NCBI GenBank assembly: GCA_951406725.2
Contig: OX597816.1
Location: 79,670,001-79,734,000, forward strand
From: Octopus vulgaris
Taxonomy: Eukaryota
Reading direction: 5' to 3'
DNA: 64,000 nucleotides
Below are positions 27,111 through 41,517 of this stretch, in pieces (position 1 is the first letter of the stretch; each line of letters starts with the position of its first letter). The notes under the pieces were generated by a model that was given only the letters and a program-made list of their open reading frames with translations, made no database searches and was not told the DNA's origin. Position numbers and translations under genes: made by a program.

Positions 27111-27428
27111 ACGACTTTGAGACAAAATGAGACAAAACAATTGATCAGCAGCGTAGGAAACGGTTACCTTTTCGGTAGAGAAGACGGCAGTGGAATGGCT
27201 TAGCAGTAGTAGGTTTGCAAGAAGGTGAGAGAGAAAGAGAGAGGGGGGATAGAGGAGGGCCGAGAAATGACCAAGAGAGAGAGAGAGAAAGAAAGAATTA
27301 AAGAGGGTGAGAGAAAGGGGCGCCAAAATAACTTGGTAAAGAAGCGCCAAAATTCCTTGAGGAAGAAGCAATGGCGGATGATGAAAGGGGAGTTTAAAGT
27401 TGAAGACATCGTGCAATAGTGGAGATAT

Positions 27429-27571
<143 letters not shown>

Positions 27572-27584
27572 TTATGTGTGCGTG

Positions 27585-27800
27585 TATCTTTGTGTCTGTG
27601 TTTGTTGGCCCCACCATCGCTTGACAACCAATGGTGGTATGTTTATGTTCCTGTAACTTGGCTGTTCGGCCAAATAGACCGATAGAATAAGTACTAGATT
27701 AACAAGGAATAAGTCCTGGGGTCGATTTCTACGACTAAAACTCCCTAAGATTGTGCTCCAGCATGGCCACAATCAAATGACTGAAGCGCATAAAAGAATT
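27585..27800 (+). mobile_element. 3' half of SINE family B
   Basis: Matches 32278-32476 (CATCGCTTGACAACC..GACCGATAGAATAAGTACTAG..GTGCTCCAGCATGGCCAC). Confidence 0.8.
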
Positions 27801-27870
27801 AAGGAATACACGCACACACACATATGCATATATACAAGCATGCCTGTGTTTACATTTATACACACACACA

Positions 27871-27922
<52 letters not shown>

Positions 27923-28157
27923 CAAAATTAGAAAATGGAGAAAACATACTTAAATCAATCAAACATCAACCATCAGATGATACCCAATCAATACTTTATT
28001 ACACCATTACATAACAGTATATATATACATGTATGTGGATATTTTACATGCGTACATACATGTTTATGTATGTTCGTTATATATATATATATATGTTCAG
28101 AAAGACCAATATGCATGCATGCGCGTAGGTGTATTTATGTCTATATGTATGTATATA

Positions 28158-29725
28158 TAGAACCACGCTAATAGCTTAGGAGGGAAATGTAGGATTCCTC
28201 GGTTTTGTATGATTCGATTTTGATAAAACGTTTCCAAGATGGTTTGCATACTATGGCAACATCATTGTTATGTTTCTATTATTCAGGGTAACGTCCTTTC
28301 TTTTTTATTATTTCAGATTCTTTTTTTTTTTTCCTTTTTTTTTGTGAACCACGCTAATCGCTTTCGGATGAAATTACCCCATCTAGACGTGTTTTTTTTT
28401 CTTTTTTCAGAAAATGACGGGTGATGATACATATTAAGCATACATGGAGTAATATATTTAAAAGAAAACCATAATAATTATAACATTTATTGACATAATG
28501 AATTATTTCGCCACATGAACGCCATTTTAACGGATAACTTTAAAAATCCTATTAGTCAGGGAATCTGTCAATTTCTTAATAGTAGCAAACTGGTCTGCCT
28601 CTGCTGCAGCTTTGATGGTCACCCATAAGACATCTTTCGACGTAAATTGTTGTCCATCGGTATAAACATCTTGTTCAATGATGGACCAAGTATTTTCGAT
28701 AAGATTGAGATCCGGAGATGCTGGCGGCCACACCATCAACCTTTCACCTTTTATGCTGTAATACCCTTGTAATGTTTGGGTGTTCCTAGCAAAGTGAGAG
28801 GAGGCGTTGTCATGCATGGATACGAGATTACTTAGAAGTGACAGTAGTATATGATCTAGCCAGGGATCCAAGATCTCCTTCAGGAGATTGCAGTAGGCGG
28901 CTGCAGTCACTTTAACCCCTTCAGGCACCGCAACTGGGCCAATAAGTCTGCCCCCAATGATACCAGCCCACAACATGACTCCCCCACCCTGTTGCTGACG
29001 TCGTAAACGTTGGTGAAGCTCATCTCCAAAATAGACCCAAACTTTTGCCCAACCGTCAGCTCCGTCGAGGGTCGCCCTGGTTCCGTAAGTGAACAAAACA
29101 CAACTCATGTCTAACGTCATGTACTTTTGGATCCATTGAAGTCTCAAACTCCTGCGTCGGAGTGTTAAAGGATGCAGTTTCAGGGGTTCTCGCACAGAAG
29201 CCATGGTCTCGAGAATGCAATTTCTGGTGGTTTTCAGAACATGAAGAAGTCCAGAGGCTGTGAAAATGGCTTTGCTTCTTTGTCCAGATTTCTCACGTAA
29301 CTTGCAGCCAATATTCTTTAAATCCCTAGCTGTCCCAGTCTTGAAGGTCCCACAATCGGATCATTTCTTCTTCGGTGAAGGGTCCTTCAGAAATCGTCTA
29401 ACCGTGTCCTCATGACGACCTAACTTTTCCGCAATGACATAAAGAGAGATATCTTTAGCACTTTCCTTGATAATGACAGAATTTTCTTCAACGTAAAGGC
29501 TTTTTCCACGTCCCTTGTTCTTCGAGAGGAGAGACGCTATTAGCGTGGTTCACCCCAAAACTGAAAAATCTGAAATAAAAAAGAAAGGACGTTACACAGA
29601 GTAATGAAAACACAACAATGGTGTTGCCATAGTGTGCAAACCAGCTGGGAAACATTTTATCAAAATCGATTCACAGAAAACCAAGAAATCCCAAATTTCA
29701 CCCCTAAGCTATTAGTGTGGCTCTG
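28158..29725 (-). mobile_element. Tc1-family DNA transposon, DD37E (TRT-like), ~1.57 kb with ~200-bp IR/DR ends
   Basis: Inverted repeats 28158-28361 and 29536-29725, each bounded by direct repeats of GAACCACGCTAATAGC. TA on the left flank; the right TA is not retained. Confidence 0.92.
28527..29516 (-). pseudogene. DD37E Tc1 transposase pseudogene
   Basis: Single frame from (K)GRGKSL..IAEKLGRHEDTVRRF with one stop (29361-29363), continuing into ORF 28527-29204: VLFTYGTRATLDGADGW, RRQQQGGGVMLWAGI, HDNASSH, SPDLNLIEN. 37 residues separate D and E. The start ATG and first catalytic D are mutated. Confidence 0.9.
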
Positions 29726-30574
29726 GGTGTATATGTATGTGTGTGTGTGTGTGTGTGTGTATGCATGTATGTACACACATACACACTTATGCACACATAC
29801 ATATGTTTATATAGCCCTTTCCTCTTATATTTTGTTGAGCAGTCGTTCTATTGTCACTGAAGTTTGAATGAAAAGAAAGACGTTACGTTCTTACTATGAT
29901 TTGGCCACTACATCTGCGAGGTAAGAGCATCTCTGCAGCACGCATCTTCATTTCAAAACACATCTTGAAAAATGCTAGAGAAAGAAGAAAAAGCATTGCT
30001 GATAAAGTAATCAATCCGATAAAAAGAAAGTCTTTCAACAATTAATAACCAGGCTGAATTGAAGGATTTTCAATGGATGCTCAGAAAATTATGAAGCACA
30101 ATACTTGTCCTAATATCTCCTTCAGACTGCCATTCAAATCTGACAGTTTGAATAAAATACATAGTCTAAAATTTATATCCCTTTACATACGTGGTATTTT
30201 GAAAACCACACACAAGGATTCAACATGTCAGTGAAATAAAGACGAATTTATGTGTTGAGATAAATAGTGTGACCATGAAGTTCTGGCGATCTCAAGAGCT
30301 AGCCTTCTATATATCTGCATTGATTTGTTAACGTACAATTGTACTGTACAATGTGTAGCGTGCATATTGGTGCAGACATGTAAAATACTTTATTATACAC
30401 TGAAATTATAACATGATGAAGGCTATGGAACGGCTATAAAGTAGTTAAATAATCATATTTATTCTCTCATACCTCCTGACTTTTATGGTTTATATACACC
30501 TCATCCAAAAAGTTCATCAATTGAATGTACATACACACACACACATACATACACACACATATATGTATACAGGC

Positions 30575-30725
30575 GCAAGCGAGGGTGTGTCGTAGTAGAT
30601 TGCTTTCCAACCACATGCTTCTGGATTCAGTTCCAGAGTGGCACCTTGAGCAAGTGTCTTTTACTATAGCCTCGGCCCGACCAAAGCCTTGTATTTGGTA
30701 GAGGGAAACTGAAAGAAGCCCAGAC
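30575..30725 (+). mobile_element. 5' half of SINE family B
   Basis: CCAACCACATG..TTCAGTTCCA..GGCACCTTGAGCAAGTGTCTT..GCCCGACCAAAGCCTTGT..GGAAACTGAAAGAAGCCC. Confidence 0.75.
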
Positions 30726-30875
30726 TCACACGCATACCTCAACTTCTCCTCCTCCCACCCTAAACACACCAAGCTTTCCATCCCCTATTCCCAATTCCCC
30801 CGTCTACGCAGGCTCTGTAGTGACGACCTTGACTTTGGGATTCAGTCTCAACTCATGGCTCATCCTACGTGTATG

Positions 30876-31578
<703 letters not shown>

Positions 31579-32077
31579 TATATTTGTATTTATACTTCTA
31601 CCTTTATTTTACTGGAAAGTAATACATTTGTATTGCATCTATTGTTATGTCCCGTTTGTGTCACATTTTTTCCGTGCTTGTTTTACCCCTCTGCGAGGTT
31701 ATTTTATTTTAATTCTCTCGCAGGAAGGCCTAGTATTGACGAGTCGTGTCCTGTCTTGCCTTCGAAACACGCTAAGTCTACTAGTGACAGCTGATGAAGG
31801 GGATTTTTCCTTGTGTAGCATGTCCTGTACCTCGTTTTTCTGTTGTAAATAATGTTTTTCCCGTTTTCGTTCTCGTCCTGTTCTACGTCTCTGTCTTTCT
31901 GTTGTAACAAAATGGCTTTTCCGTTTTCGTTTCTGTTGAGTTTTACGTCTTTTTGTGGTGTCCTGTACGTATATATATATTTATATACGCATGTATATAT
32001 ACATGTAGATGTCGGTACGTACATATATGTTTGTATGTATGCATATATTTTATTTATTACACTATATATTTATATAT

Positions 32078-32218
32078 GCGCAGGAATGGCTGTGTGGTAA
32101 GTAACATGCTTACCAGCCACATGGTTCCGGGTTCAGTCCCACTGCGAGGCATATAGCCTCGGGCCGACCAAAGCTGTATATTAGGTAGACGGAAACTAGC
32201 CCGTCGTATATATGTATG

Positions 32219-32262
<44 letters not shown>

Positions 32263-32476
32263 CGTGTGTATACGTTTGTGTGTCTGTGTTTGTCCCCCCA
32301 ACATCACTTGATAACCGATGCTGGTGTGTTTACGTCACCGTAACTTAGCGGTTCGACCAAAATGACCGATAGAATAAGTACTAGGCTTACAAAGAATAAG
32401 TCCTGGGGTCGATTTGCTCGACTAAAGACGGTGCTCCAGCATGGCCACAGTCAAATGACTGAAACAACTAAAAGAG
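32078..32476 (+). mobile_element. SINE family B, near full length, with internal (TA)/(TG) microsatellite
   Basis: tRNA-like head GGCTGTGTGGTAAG..GGTTCAGTCCC, internal microsatellite ~32206-32290, conserved 3' body ending TGACTGAAACAACTAAAAGA. Confidence 0.85.
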
Positions 32477-34460
32477 TTAAAAAATATATATATATACTGC
32501 GTGAAAGAAGTGACTCTTGATAAAGGCGCGAATGTTTCAAGGGTTTTTATTTCGGTAGTTAGGGGATATTCTTGATTCTGAAGCCTAATTAAGAAATCAT
32601 TAATGGCTTGACGTTTATTTTTGATCTTACATTCACTGGCCGTACATCTATGTGACATTTATTTTTCTACTTTCTTCTTGGTTCTCTTTATATGTTTCTT
32701 ATGCTTTTATTCAATATTTGTTTTCTATTTTCGATTATTAAATTATAATTGATTCATCAGTTGTCAAAAGTCACAATAGGACCCAAGAAAATCGGATTAA
32801 ATCTGTTACTTGACATCTGTCTGCCACCCACAGCTTCTCTTCCCTATTGCTACACTTACGTACACACACGGCTTCTTCTGCCCTTCCCCGGTGAATAAAA
32901 GACATGAATGCGAAAACATGAATTTTATGTTTATGATCAACTATTAGCAAACCAAACACCTGGTGTCCGACTTTATTTGAACTTTAATTTAGAAAAAAAT
33001 ATATCGTTACTAAAGTTGCGAATGCTATATGACAAGAGATAATTTCTCCATAAACTAAGACTACAGACTAGTCTCAATCTCTGGTGTAAGTGTACAGTTA
33101 AAAAGTTCACGTCGCAGCCACGCGACAACTGTGGTAACTTCTACGATAGTAACGGATTAACCAATATTTTGTGAGTAGAAATTGATAGACGGAAAATAGT
33201 CGTGAACCCGTCATATATATCTAAGTATGCGTGTGTGTGTGAGTGTATATATATATATATATATATATATTGAATATTTTATATTCAATATTTTATATGG
33301 TTTGAGAAAGATTTTACAGTTGCTTGTAGCAGTTCGAACATGGTAGACTGTGCAGCCTGCATCATATAAAATGAACCGTTTTGTGCTCTTTGTAGTTTGC
33401 TGTTATTTATTGGCAAATATTGAGGTCCCATGCACGACTAGCAGAATTTATGCTGGTTCTAATACACCACCAGTACATTATTGTGGGGTATTTTTTTATA
33501 ACAATCACATGTAGAACGTGTATCTCTGATAGAAGAAGACAACAGAGGCGGTAGATTGTTGTTTAAATCTTTTTGTTTGTTTTCCGAACGGCGTCGATAT
33601 AACGCTTTCATCCTTCAAGGGCTGATAAAATAAATTCCATTCAAATATGCAAATTGATTCGATTGACTGTACCATTCAACTAAAGGTGTGATTTTTTTCT
33701 GCAAAAGTCTGCAAGTCTTTGTTGTTCTTGTAGTTTAGGTCAGTTCTTGTGGAATAGATCTATGGTCAAAGGCATTCAGTCGTGACCATCTCATATTTTT
33801 TCTATATGTTGGAGCTTAAGACTACATCATCCAATTGATTTTTAAAACTATGGGGTATGATTCGAGGGAATTTGGCTTGTATTTCTAGAAGTCAAATGAG
33901 CAAATAGAATCTCTTTCCATGCCCCTTCTTTTGTCATTGTTGTTGTCGTTGGTACTGTAGTGCATTGTTGCTGCTATTCTTGTTTGCTATTACTACTATT
34001 GATACTGTAATTGAGTTGGCTTTGCTTCTTTTGTTGCTGCTGCTGCCTTTTTATTAACATTGGTTTTACTGTTGTCACTATTGTTATTGTTCTTGCAAAT
34101 GTTGAATACTATTTCTGCTGCTGCTTCTGCGGCTAGTGCTGGTGATAATGGTAGTGAGGATGGTGTCAATGTCAGGCTGCTTCCGGTCGTAAAACAATTT
34201 CAAAACTCTGTAAAATCATCTAATTACATGAAGTTACAGTCCGATGTATGCATGCATAAGAAGCGTTAAATCTTCATTAGCCTCGACAACATTCTCCTTT
34301 CTAGTTTTGTTTTTGTTGTTTTAATATTATTTCCTACTTACTTTTTTGTTTAGAATTTATTTCATCGTACAGCTACAAATTGAGTTTTTCAGATTAAAAT
34401 TTTTACCCAATTTTTAGACACAAATTATACACAGACACAGACACACACACACACAATACA

Positions 34461-34871
<411 letters not shown>

Positions 34872-35179
34872 ATATATATACCGAGAGGGAGAGAGAGAGA
34901 GAGAGAGTGGGAGAGAGAGAGAGTGGGAGAGAGAGAGTGGGAGAGAGAGAGAGAGAGAGTATTTCTTTATTCACCATAAGGTTGAGAAAAAGAGGGGACA
35001 AAACAAACGTTGGGGTCAGGGTATCGAATGAGACAAAACATATGAATAAACAAACAATTAAAATATATACAATTAAATGAGAATGAGTGATTAACAAAAA
35101 ATGAAGCGGAGGACGTAGTTGACCCCACAAACCACATACTCACACTGAAGACTTGCTTTATCCTTTTTTACATTCTCGA

Positions 35180-38100
35180 TTAAACAGGTTCTTTCACTCG
35201 CAACATAGTTGCTATAGACTTCCATCTTTTACGAAACACACTTTGCGACAGGCATTTCTTCTCCAGCCTTATTTTCCGTTTCATGTGGAAAACGAAAAAG
35301 TCGATTAGCCCGAGACTGGAGGTAAATATGCCTGTTGCAATTCCTTTTACTCTCGTCTTCCACACTACTTCTTTCGCCATAGCAACTACCGAGAGAAAAC
35401 AGGCTCGCTCCTCCCTATTCAGGGAGGTCGGCGGAACTATCTTCATTACAGATTCGCTCGACAGTTGTACTCTTCTCGAATGCGACAGCAGGTGTTCGAC
35501 ATAAGCCCAGAGTTCAGTCACCTTGGGGCATTGCACAATCGCGTGCAGGACAGTTTCACTGTCCCTTCTCACATCTTGCACAAACCGGCGAAGGTGCACA
35601 CCCATGTCTAAAGAGCTTATCTCGAACCGGTAAAGCTCCTCTGTAACATTGCCATGCCAGGGACGTTTGGTAATTATCCATAGGCCCCAGACCGAATGTT
35701 CTTTGGAACAGGCTGGCCAGTTGATTTTCGTCGAAGCCCAGGGTTTCTCCTAGGACGTCGTCACACTTAAACTCTACTAACCCTCTATAGAAGAACGCGG
35801 TAGTAGCCCCGCCACCGGCGTTGCCCGACTGGGAGAGAAGCACGAGTGCCTGATGGCACTCTGCATGCCACATGCCCAACCTCGGTCTACACTTGATCCA
35901 TGGGTTCAGTTTGTTAAACGATGTGAACTGTGGAAATAACAGCTTGACGAACGGAGACCACACCTGCTCACCTTCCAAGTAAATCCATAGGTGCCTAAGC
36001 CTGCGCGCATGTCTGCGCATTTTTAGCCACGGCATCCCTAACCCACCCTTCAGCGGCTTTTGGCTGCAAGTAGAGCGCCTTACAAGGGGTCTGCTGCCCC
36101 TCCACAAAAAGCGAAAGAACATGCGTTCCAGTTTGTTCAGCCACGAATCGGGGCAAAGGAACGGCGGTCAGGCGGTAAGTGATTACAGAAGCGATAAACA
36201 CCTCTGCAACCTCCGCCCTCCTTTTCAATGACAGCTTCCGCTCAGACCATGTCTGAGTTAGGAGAGCCACCTTTCTCGCCACCTCGCTCCAGTTCTTCTC
36301 TATCTGGAGATCTGGACCTAACCAGATTCCAAGCATTTTCACCGGTCCTTCCGTCCAACGTCCTACGACGCTGTCGGAAGACATCGACTTGCCCCTCCAG
36401 GTGTCGAGTTGCAAGCCGACCGATTTATCCCGGTTGACTTTCGCTCCTGCCACCGCTTCGTAGTCCCTTAAGGCCTCACCCACCCACTGTAGGTGCTCGA
36501 CTCGGGAAACGATGACGGTGATGTCGTTCGCATACGCCGAAGCTGACTTTCCGCACCCTAGATCTTGCGGAGTGCCTCTCCTAGTTTCCAACCTCCTCAG
36601 CAACGGCTCGAGGGCCAAAAGGTAGAGAAGCGGGGAGAGAGGACACCCTTGACGTACCGAACGTTCAATGCTGAACGGCTCCGAAAAGAAACCTTTTGAC
36701 CCGAACTACCGATTCGATGTTGCTGTATAAAGCGATGATCCATCCGCGGAAGGTCGGGCCGAAGCCAGCCGCCGCAAGGACCGCCGCCAGATACTGATGG
36801 TCCTCCCTATCAAACGTTTTCGATTGGTCCAAGTGGACCATAGCCCTACCCTTGCCAGGAATCCTATTTACCCTTTCTAAGGCATAGCGTAGAAAGTGGA
36901 GATTGTCGTGGATGGTCCTTCCAGGGATGGCGCAAGTTTGCGCCTCGCCAACAAGTTCACCCACGACCCGCGCCAACCTTTTTGCTAAGACCTTGGCCAT
37001 AATCTTTAACTTTGCGTTAAGCAGAGTGATGGGCCGAAAATTATCAATTAAATCCCCCTTGTTTGGGTCCTTTCTTAACAGCGCTACCACCCCTCGGCTC
37101 ACAGACTTAGGAATTCTCCCGTTCTGCTGCCAGTTAGTGTACACGCATGCAAGTAGGTACCCAAACAAGTCTGGCATGCTACTATAGAGTTCGTAAGGCG
37201 ATTTGTCCTCGCCGCAGTCTGCCAACATATCCTCGACTTCTTTGGCTGTGATCGGCGCCTCACAAGATTCTGCGTCCGGCCTCGATAGACGCGGAGAACC
37301 GGCTAGGAAGTCTGCGAGCTTCTCCCCGCGCTCCAGCTCGCCGCTCCTCCCAAATAGCTGGGCGAAATGATCGTGAAACACCTTGCACATCTCCTCGGGT
37401 TCGTTTACTAATCGACCATTTGGGCCCGTCAAGGATCGTATGGTTGAGTTGTTGCCACGCTGGCCCTCTACCACCCGGGCCCATCCGGCTGCGTTGATCC
37501 CTTCCTGTCTCATTGCACGGATCTTAGCCCTGACAATGCACCCTTCATGTTTAGCTTTGAGATGTTGGTCGAGTGCTAACCTCGCCGCTAACACTTTCGA
37601 TGCACTGCCTGACCTCATTGCCTCATCTATTGCCTTAACTAGTTTCTTTTCTACTTTGTTTCTAGCACTAGCTAGTTCTTTGCTAAACCTAATTGACTCA
37701 AATTTGATGACTCTTTTCAGGGCGTACCACCATTTGTTGTTGATAACGGATCCGGTTAACGCCCTCATTACTAATTGTTTAATCCGATTCCTGTAGGCTT
37801 CACAGTCCAATAGTGACTTGTTTAGCTTCCAGTAACCGGTACCTCGTCTACACATGCTATCTATGTCGAGCGTACAGGTCACTAATTTGTGATTGCTGTA
37901 GCTGTAGTTGTGGAGAGCTAAGTATTTTCTTATCTTTCCTTCTAGTTATGATTCTATCAATGTAAGATCTGGACGACCCGTCGTTTCTTGCCCAGGTCCA
38001 CGCTGGAGTGTCTGGGTGGTCCAGTCTGAATCTATCTGCCAATTCGAAACGACTTAGCATATCGTTGAGGTGAGGTAATCCCCTCCTATTCTTTCTCGAG

Positions 38101-38530
38101 CCAACATAATCTACGCGTGCATCGCAAATAATGTTGAAGTCACCTAGCATTCTCTACGCTTTTGAAATACTCTTTCTGCCGGCTTTTCCTTCGCAGGGAG
38201 CATAGACAGCGACCAACCTGAACACTTTACCACTGCTGTGCGTCACATCCAAAACAACCAACCTGCCTTCCGGATCTATAAAGGCAGTTCTAATCTCTAA
38301 ATCCAGGTTTTTCCTGACCAGCAGTGCCACTCCCCCGCCCCCTTCAGGTCGACAGGGAGAAATGTATTTCTCGTAGCCGTTTAGAATGGGCGTAAAAGCC
38401 TGCAGCCCACTCAGTCTGGATTCGGTAATTACCACTACATCCAAACGATGCGACCTAAGGTCGTTAAGGAGGTAGCCTTGCTTCCAATACGACCCCAGGC
38501 CACGAATATTTATACAACCGAGTTTAAACG
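35180..38530 (-). pseudogene. Tx1 ORF2 (APE endonuclease-reverse transcriptase), disrupted
   Basis: Motifs in order: CINIRGL, DVVVITESRL, GGGVALL, AVYAP, LGDFN, SYIDR, YWKLN, NFRPITLLN, LDQSKTFDR, GCPLSPLLY, YANDI (YADD D>N), GGLGMP, CARC..ETVLHAIVQC. Split across at least seven ORF-track pieces by stops and frameshifts. Confidence 0.92.
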
Positions 38531-38862
38531 AGAATGTGAAAAATTAGTCGAAAGTTTAAAACTTACTGTTTTAACGGAAGTAGTTTCACCCTCCTCTTTT
38601 CTGTCTGTGAGCGTTGTGTTTTGCGAGGTCATCTGTACAGATGGCTCGAAAAGTTCATCTGTAACGGTCCGACGTCCTCCGCAAAAGATTTTTTTAGTTC
38701 AAAATAATCAGCGTTATCTATTGTATAAAATTTGACATTTTCTGAAATAGTACAATTTATATCTGTTACGATATATTTTTTCACCGATTTCATTAAAATA
38801 ATTTTTCCTCTTAATGGTTTATTGTTTTTATTTATCTCCGTGAAGGTGTTTCTTTTTTTTTG

Positions 38863-40131
38863 TTAGGCGATTGTGGAGGGATGTGTGTGTTTGTGGGTGT
38901 GTGTGTGTGCTTGTAGAAGCGTGGGTGTTTGTAGGTGTGTGTGTGCTTGTGGTAGGTGTGTGTGTGTGTTTGTTTGTGCTTTTTCCAGTGTGTGTTCTTT
39001 TGGCTCCGTGTGTGTTTGCGACTGTATTTGTGGGTGTGGGCGTGCTTGTCTGTCTCGGAGTATAGTCCTGTGTATCCGAAGAGGGCGGATTTTTCCGTTT
39101 CCGTCTTCTTTTGAAGGTTCTATGGTGACCCACTCCTGGATGCTGTTGTTGTTGTTGTTGTTTTCTCCCGTTGTCGACTGAACTTCGGCAATTGGGGTGC
39201 GCGACGTGGCTGCTATTTCTAGCGGTGTAGTTGTTGTTTTCGGCGTCGTGCTTGCCTCTGCAGCATTTTCTATGGCTGTCTTCTTACAGCTCGACCTTAT
39301 GTGGCCTTTCTTGCCACATTTATAACACCTAGGCTTTCTCCCCTCGACTATTACCATCATGCTGGTATTATCTCTAATGGTGAGGGAGCTGGGCAATTTT
39401 TCCAAGTCCGAGGGGTTTGCTTGGATCACAAGCTCTAAGTCTTGTCCATACCAGTTCATGTGGCGATATCTCTTAGACTGAAGAATGGCAATTTCTTCCT
39501 CTTTGCCTAAGAGAATCGCTGCTATGACAAAGTTCACATCTATTTCGGGAGGAATATCTGTGACCGTTATTTTCGATGTTCTCATTCCTAAATAAAATGG
39601 TAGAAGAACTACATCGTCCGACTTCAACATTTTTGTTGAATGTTCTCTAGCTTTTTCTTCGCTAGGGAAACGCACCTCTACCGTGCCGAAGCGACTACCC
39701 CTCGTTATATAACTAGTTTGTTGCCATATCGGCCTCAAACATTTTTCTATGGCTTCCCTCGGCACGAAGTCAATTTTCCTATTTTTCACATTATATGACA
39801 GTTTTTCTCTCCGTCGCGCAAATTAATTCACTGGGAGGGAACAACTTCACATTATCACCTTCTTTTTTTTTAATAAACTTTGGTACTTCTTTAATTCTTC
39901 CTTGTTTATAACTATATTATCACAGGGGCGAGTTGCTGCACTCGCAAAATTTATTTTTGACTTTTCCTATTGTGTAGTAGCTTCGCTAGACATATTGTCG
40001 TCTGCTTTTGTAACGGGCGCGTGAGACGTCTCTTTACTTTTACCTTCCTCCTTCCACATTTTCGCCTTCGTGCCTTCAAACAAATTTTCAACGTTTTCCT
40101 CCGACTCGGAGGAGATTGGTGGCAAATTCAT
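38863..40131 (-). pseudogene. Tx1 ORF1 (gag-like nucleic-acid-binding protein), disrupted near its 5' end
   Basis: ORF 38863-39789 has RRM-like segments and the knuckle CYKCGKKGHIRSSC. Probable start MNLPPISSESEE at 40131, broken by a stop/frameshift near 39970-39860. Confidence 0.8.
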
Positions 40132-40168
40132 GTTTTTCGTCGCTTCCCCCTTGAAACAAGGGGGAAAG

Positions 40169-40235
40169 AACAGCAGAACTCTGCTGCAACAGCAGAACTC
40201 TGCTGCAACAGCAGAACTCTGCTGCAACAGCAGAA
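40169..40235. repeat. 3.5 tandem copies of the 19-bp palindromic unit AACAGCAGAACTCTGCTGC in the Tx1 5' UTR
   Basis: Exact units at 40169, 40188 and 40207, plus a partial unit. Confidence 0.95.
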
Positions 40236-40326
40236 AAGAAGTGGCCTCGACGACCCAAACAGCAAATTTTCAAACTTTTCAGCACAAAAACAATCTTTCA
40301 CTGCGGAGCAAAGAATAACACGACCG

Positions 40327-40437
<111 letters not shown>

Positions 40438-40450
40438 GTATTGATATATA

Positions 40451-40656
40451 CGAGGAGGTGCTGAAAAGTTCCTGGCTTTAAGGGTGTCGTGAAATGCCTG
40501 GTAGAAGGCCCAGCTTCCAAGTTCTTTTACGGGCTTAGAAAAACTGAAGGACCGCTGCAATGTGTGTGAATCTGAGAGGGAAATATAAAATCATGATTAA
40601 TTGATCTACCAGTGATTTCTTTTACTCAAAAACAGGAACTTTTCATCACACATTCG
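40451..40656. mobile_element. Mariner-derived MITE, TA TSD
   Basis: TA|CGAGGAGGTGCTGAAAAGTTCCTGG ... CAGGAACTTTTCATCACACATTCG|TA; truncated second copy at ~45916-46098. Confidence 0.8.
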
Positions 40657-40817
40657 TATACATGTACATGCATACAGTTGGACTGTTTTCATTATTTTTT
40701 CCTGAGTGTTCTTATGTGTCTATGTTATATATAACTCTACTACTAGATAGATACACGCTCATGTATGCATGCATACATACATACATACATACATACATAC
40801 ATACATACATACATACA

Positions 40818-40850
<33 letters not shown>

Positions 40851-41069
40851 GCATACCCACGCAAACACACATACATACACACATAAAGTACGATTTCATT
40901 CTATTGGAAATCACGTGATATGGGAATTCGTGGTGGGGTGCATCATAAATAATTCTCGTCTGCAACGATCTCTATGCGTACTCTTATGCCTCAATTGAGT
41001 ATATGAAAAGATCTCTCAAGGCTAGTAACACAGCATTCGGTGTTTTAACAAAACACCCATGTTAAGTGA

Positions 41070-41225
41070 TATAGGCATGGCTGTGTGGTAAGAAGCTTGC
41101 TCCCCAACTACATGGTTCTCAGTTCCACTGCATGGCACCTGGGGCAAGAGTCTTCTGCTCTGGCCCTGGGCGAAACAAAGCCTTGTGAGTGAATTTGGTA
41201 GATGGAAACTGAAAGAGGCACGTAG
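41070..41225 (+). mobile_element. 5' half of SINE family B
   Basis: GGCATGGCTGTGTGGTAAGAAGCTTGC..GGCACCTGGGGCAAG..CAAAGCCTTGTGAGTGAATTTGGTAGATGGAAACTGAAAGA. Confidence 0.8.
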
Positions 41226-41231
41226 TGTGTG

Positions 41232-41517
<286 letters not shown>

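Noticed and set aside
40169-40235. Palindromic direct repeats suggestive of a CRISPR array
   Set aside because: The units are contiguous with no spacers, there are no cas genes, and they lie in a eukaryotic LINE 5' UTR.
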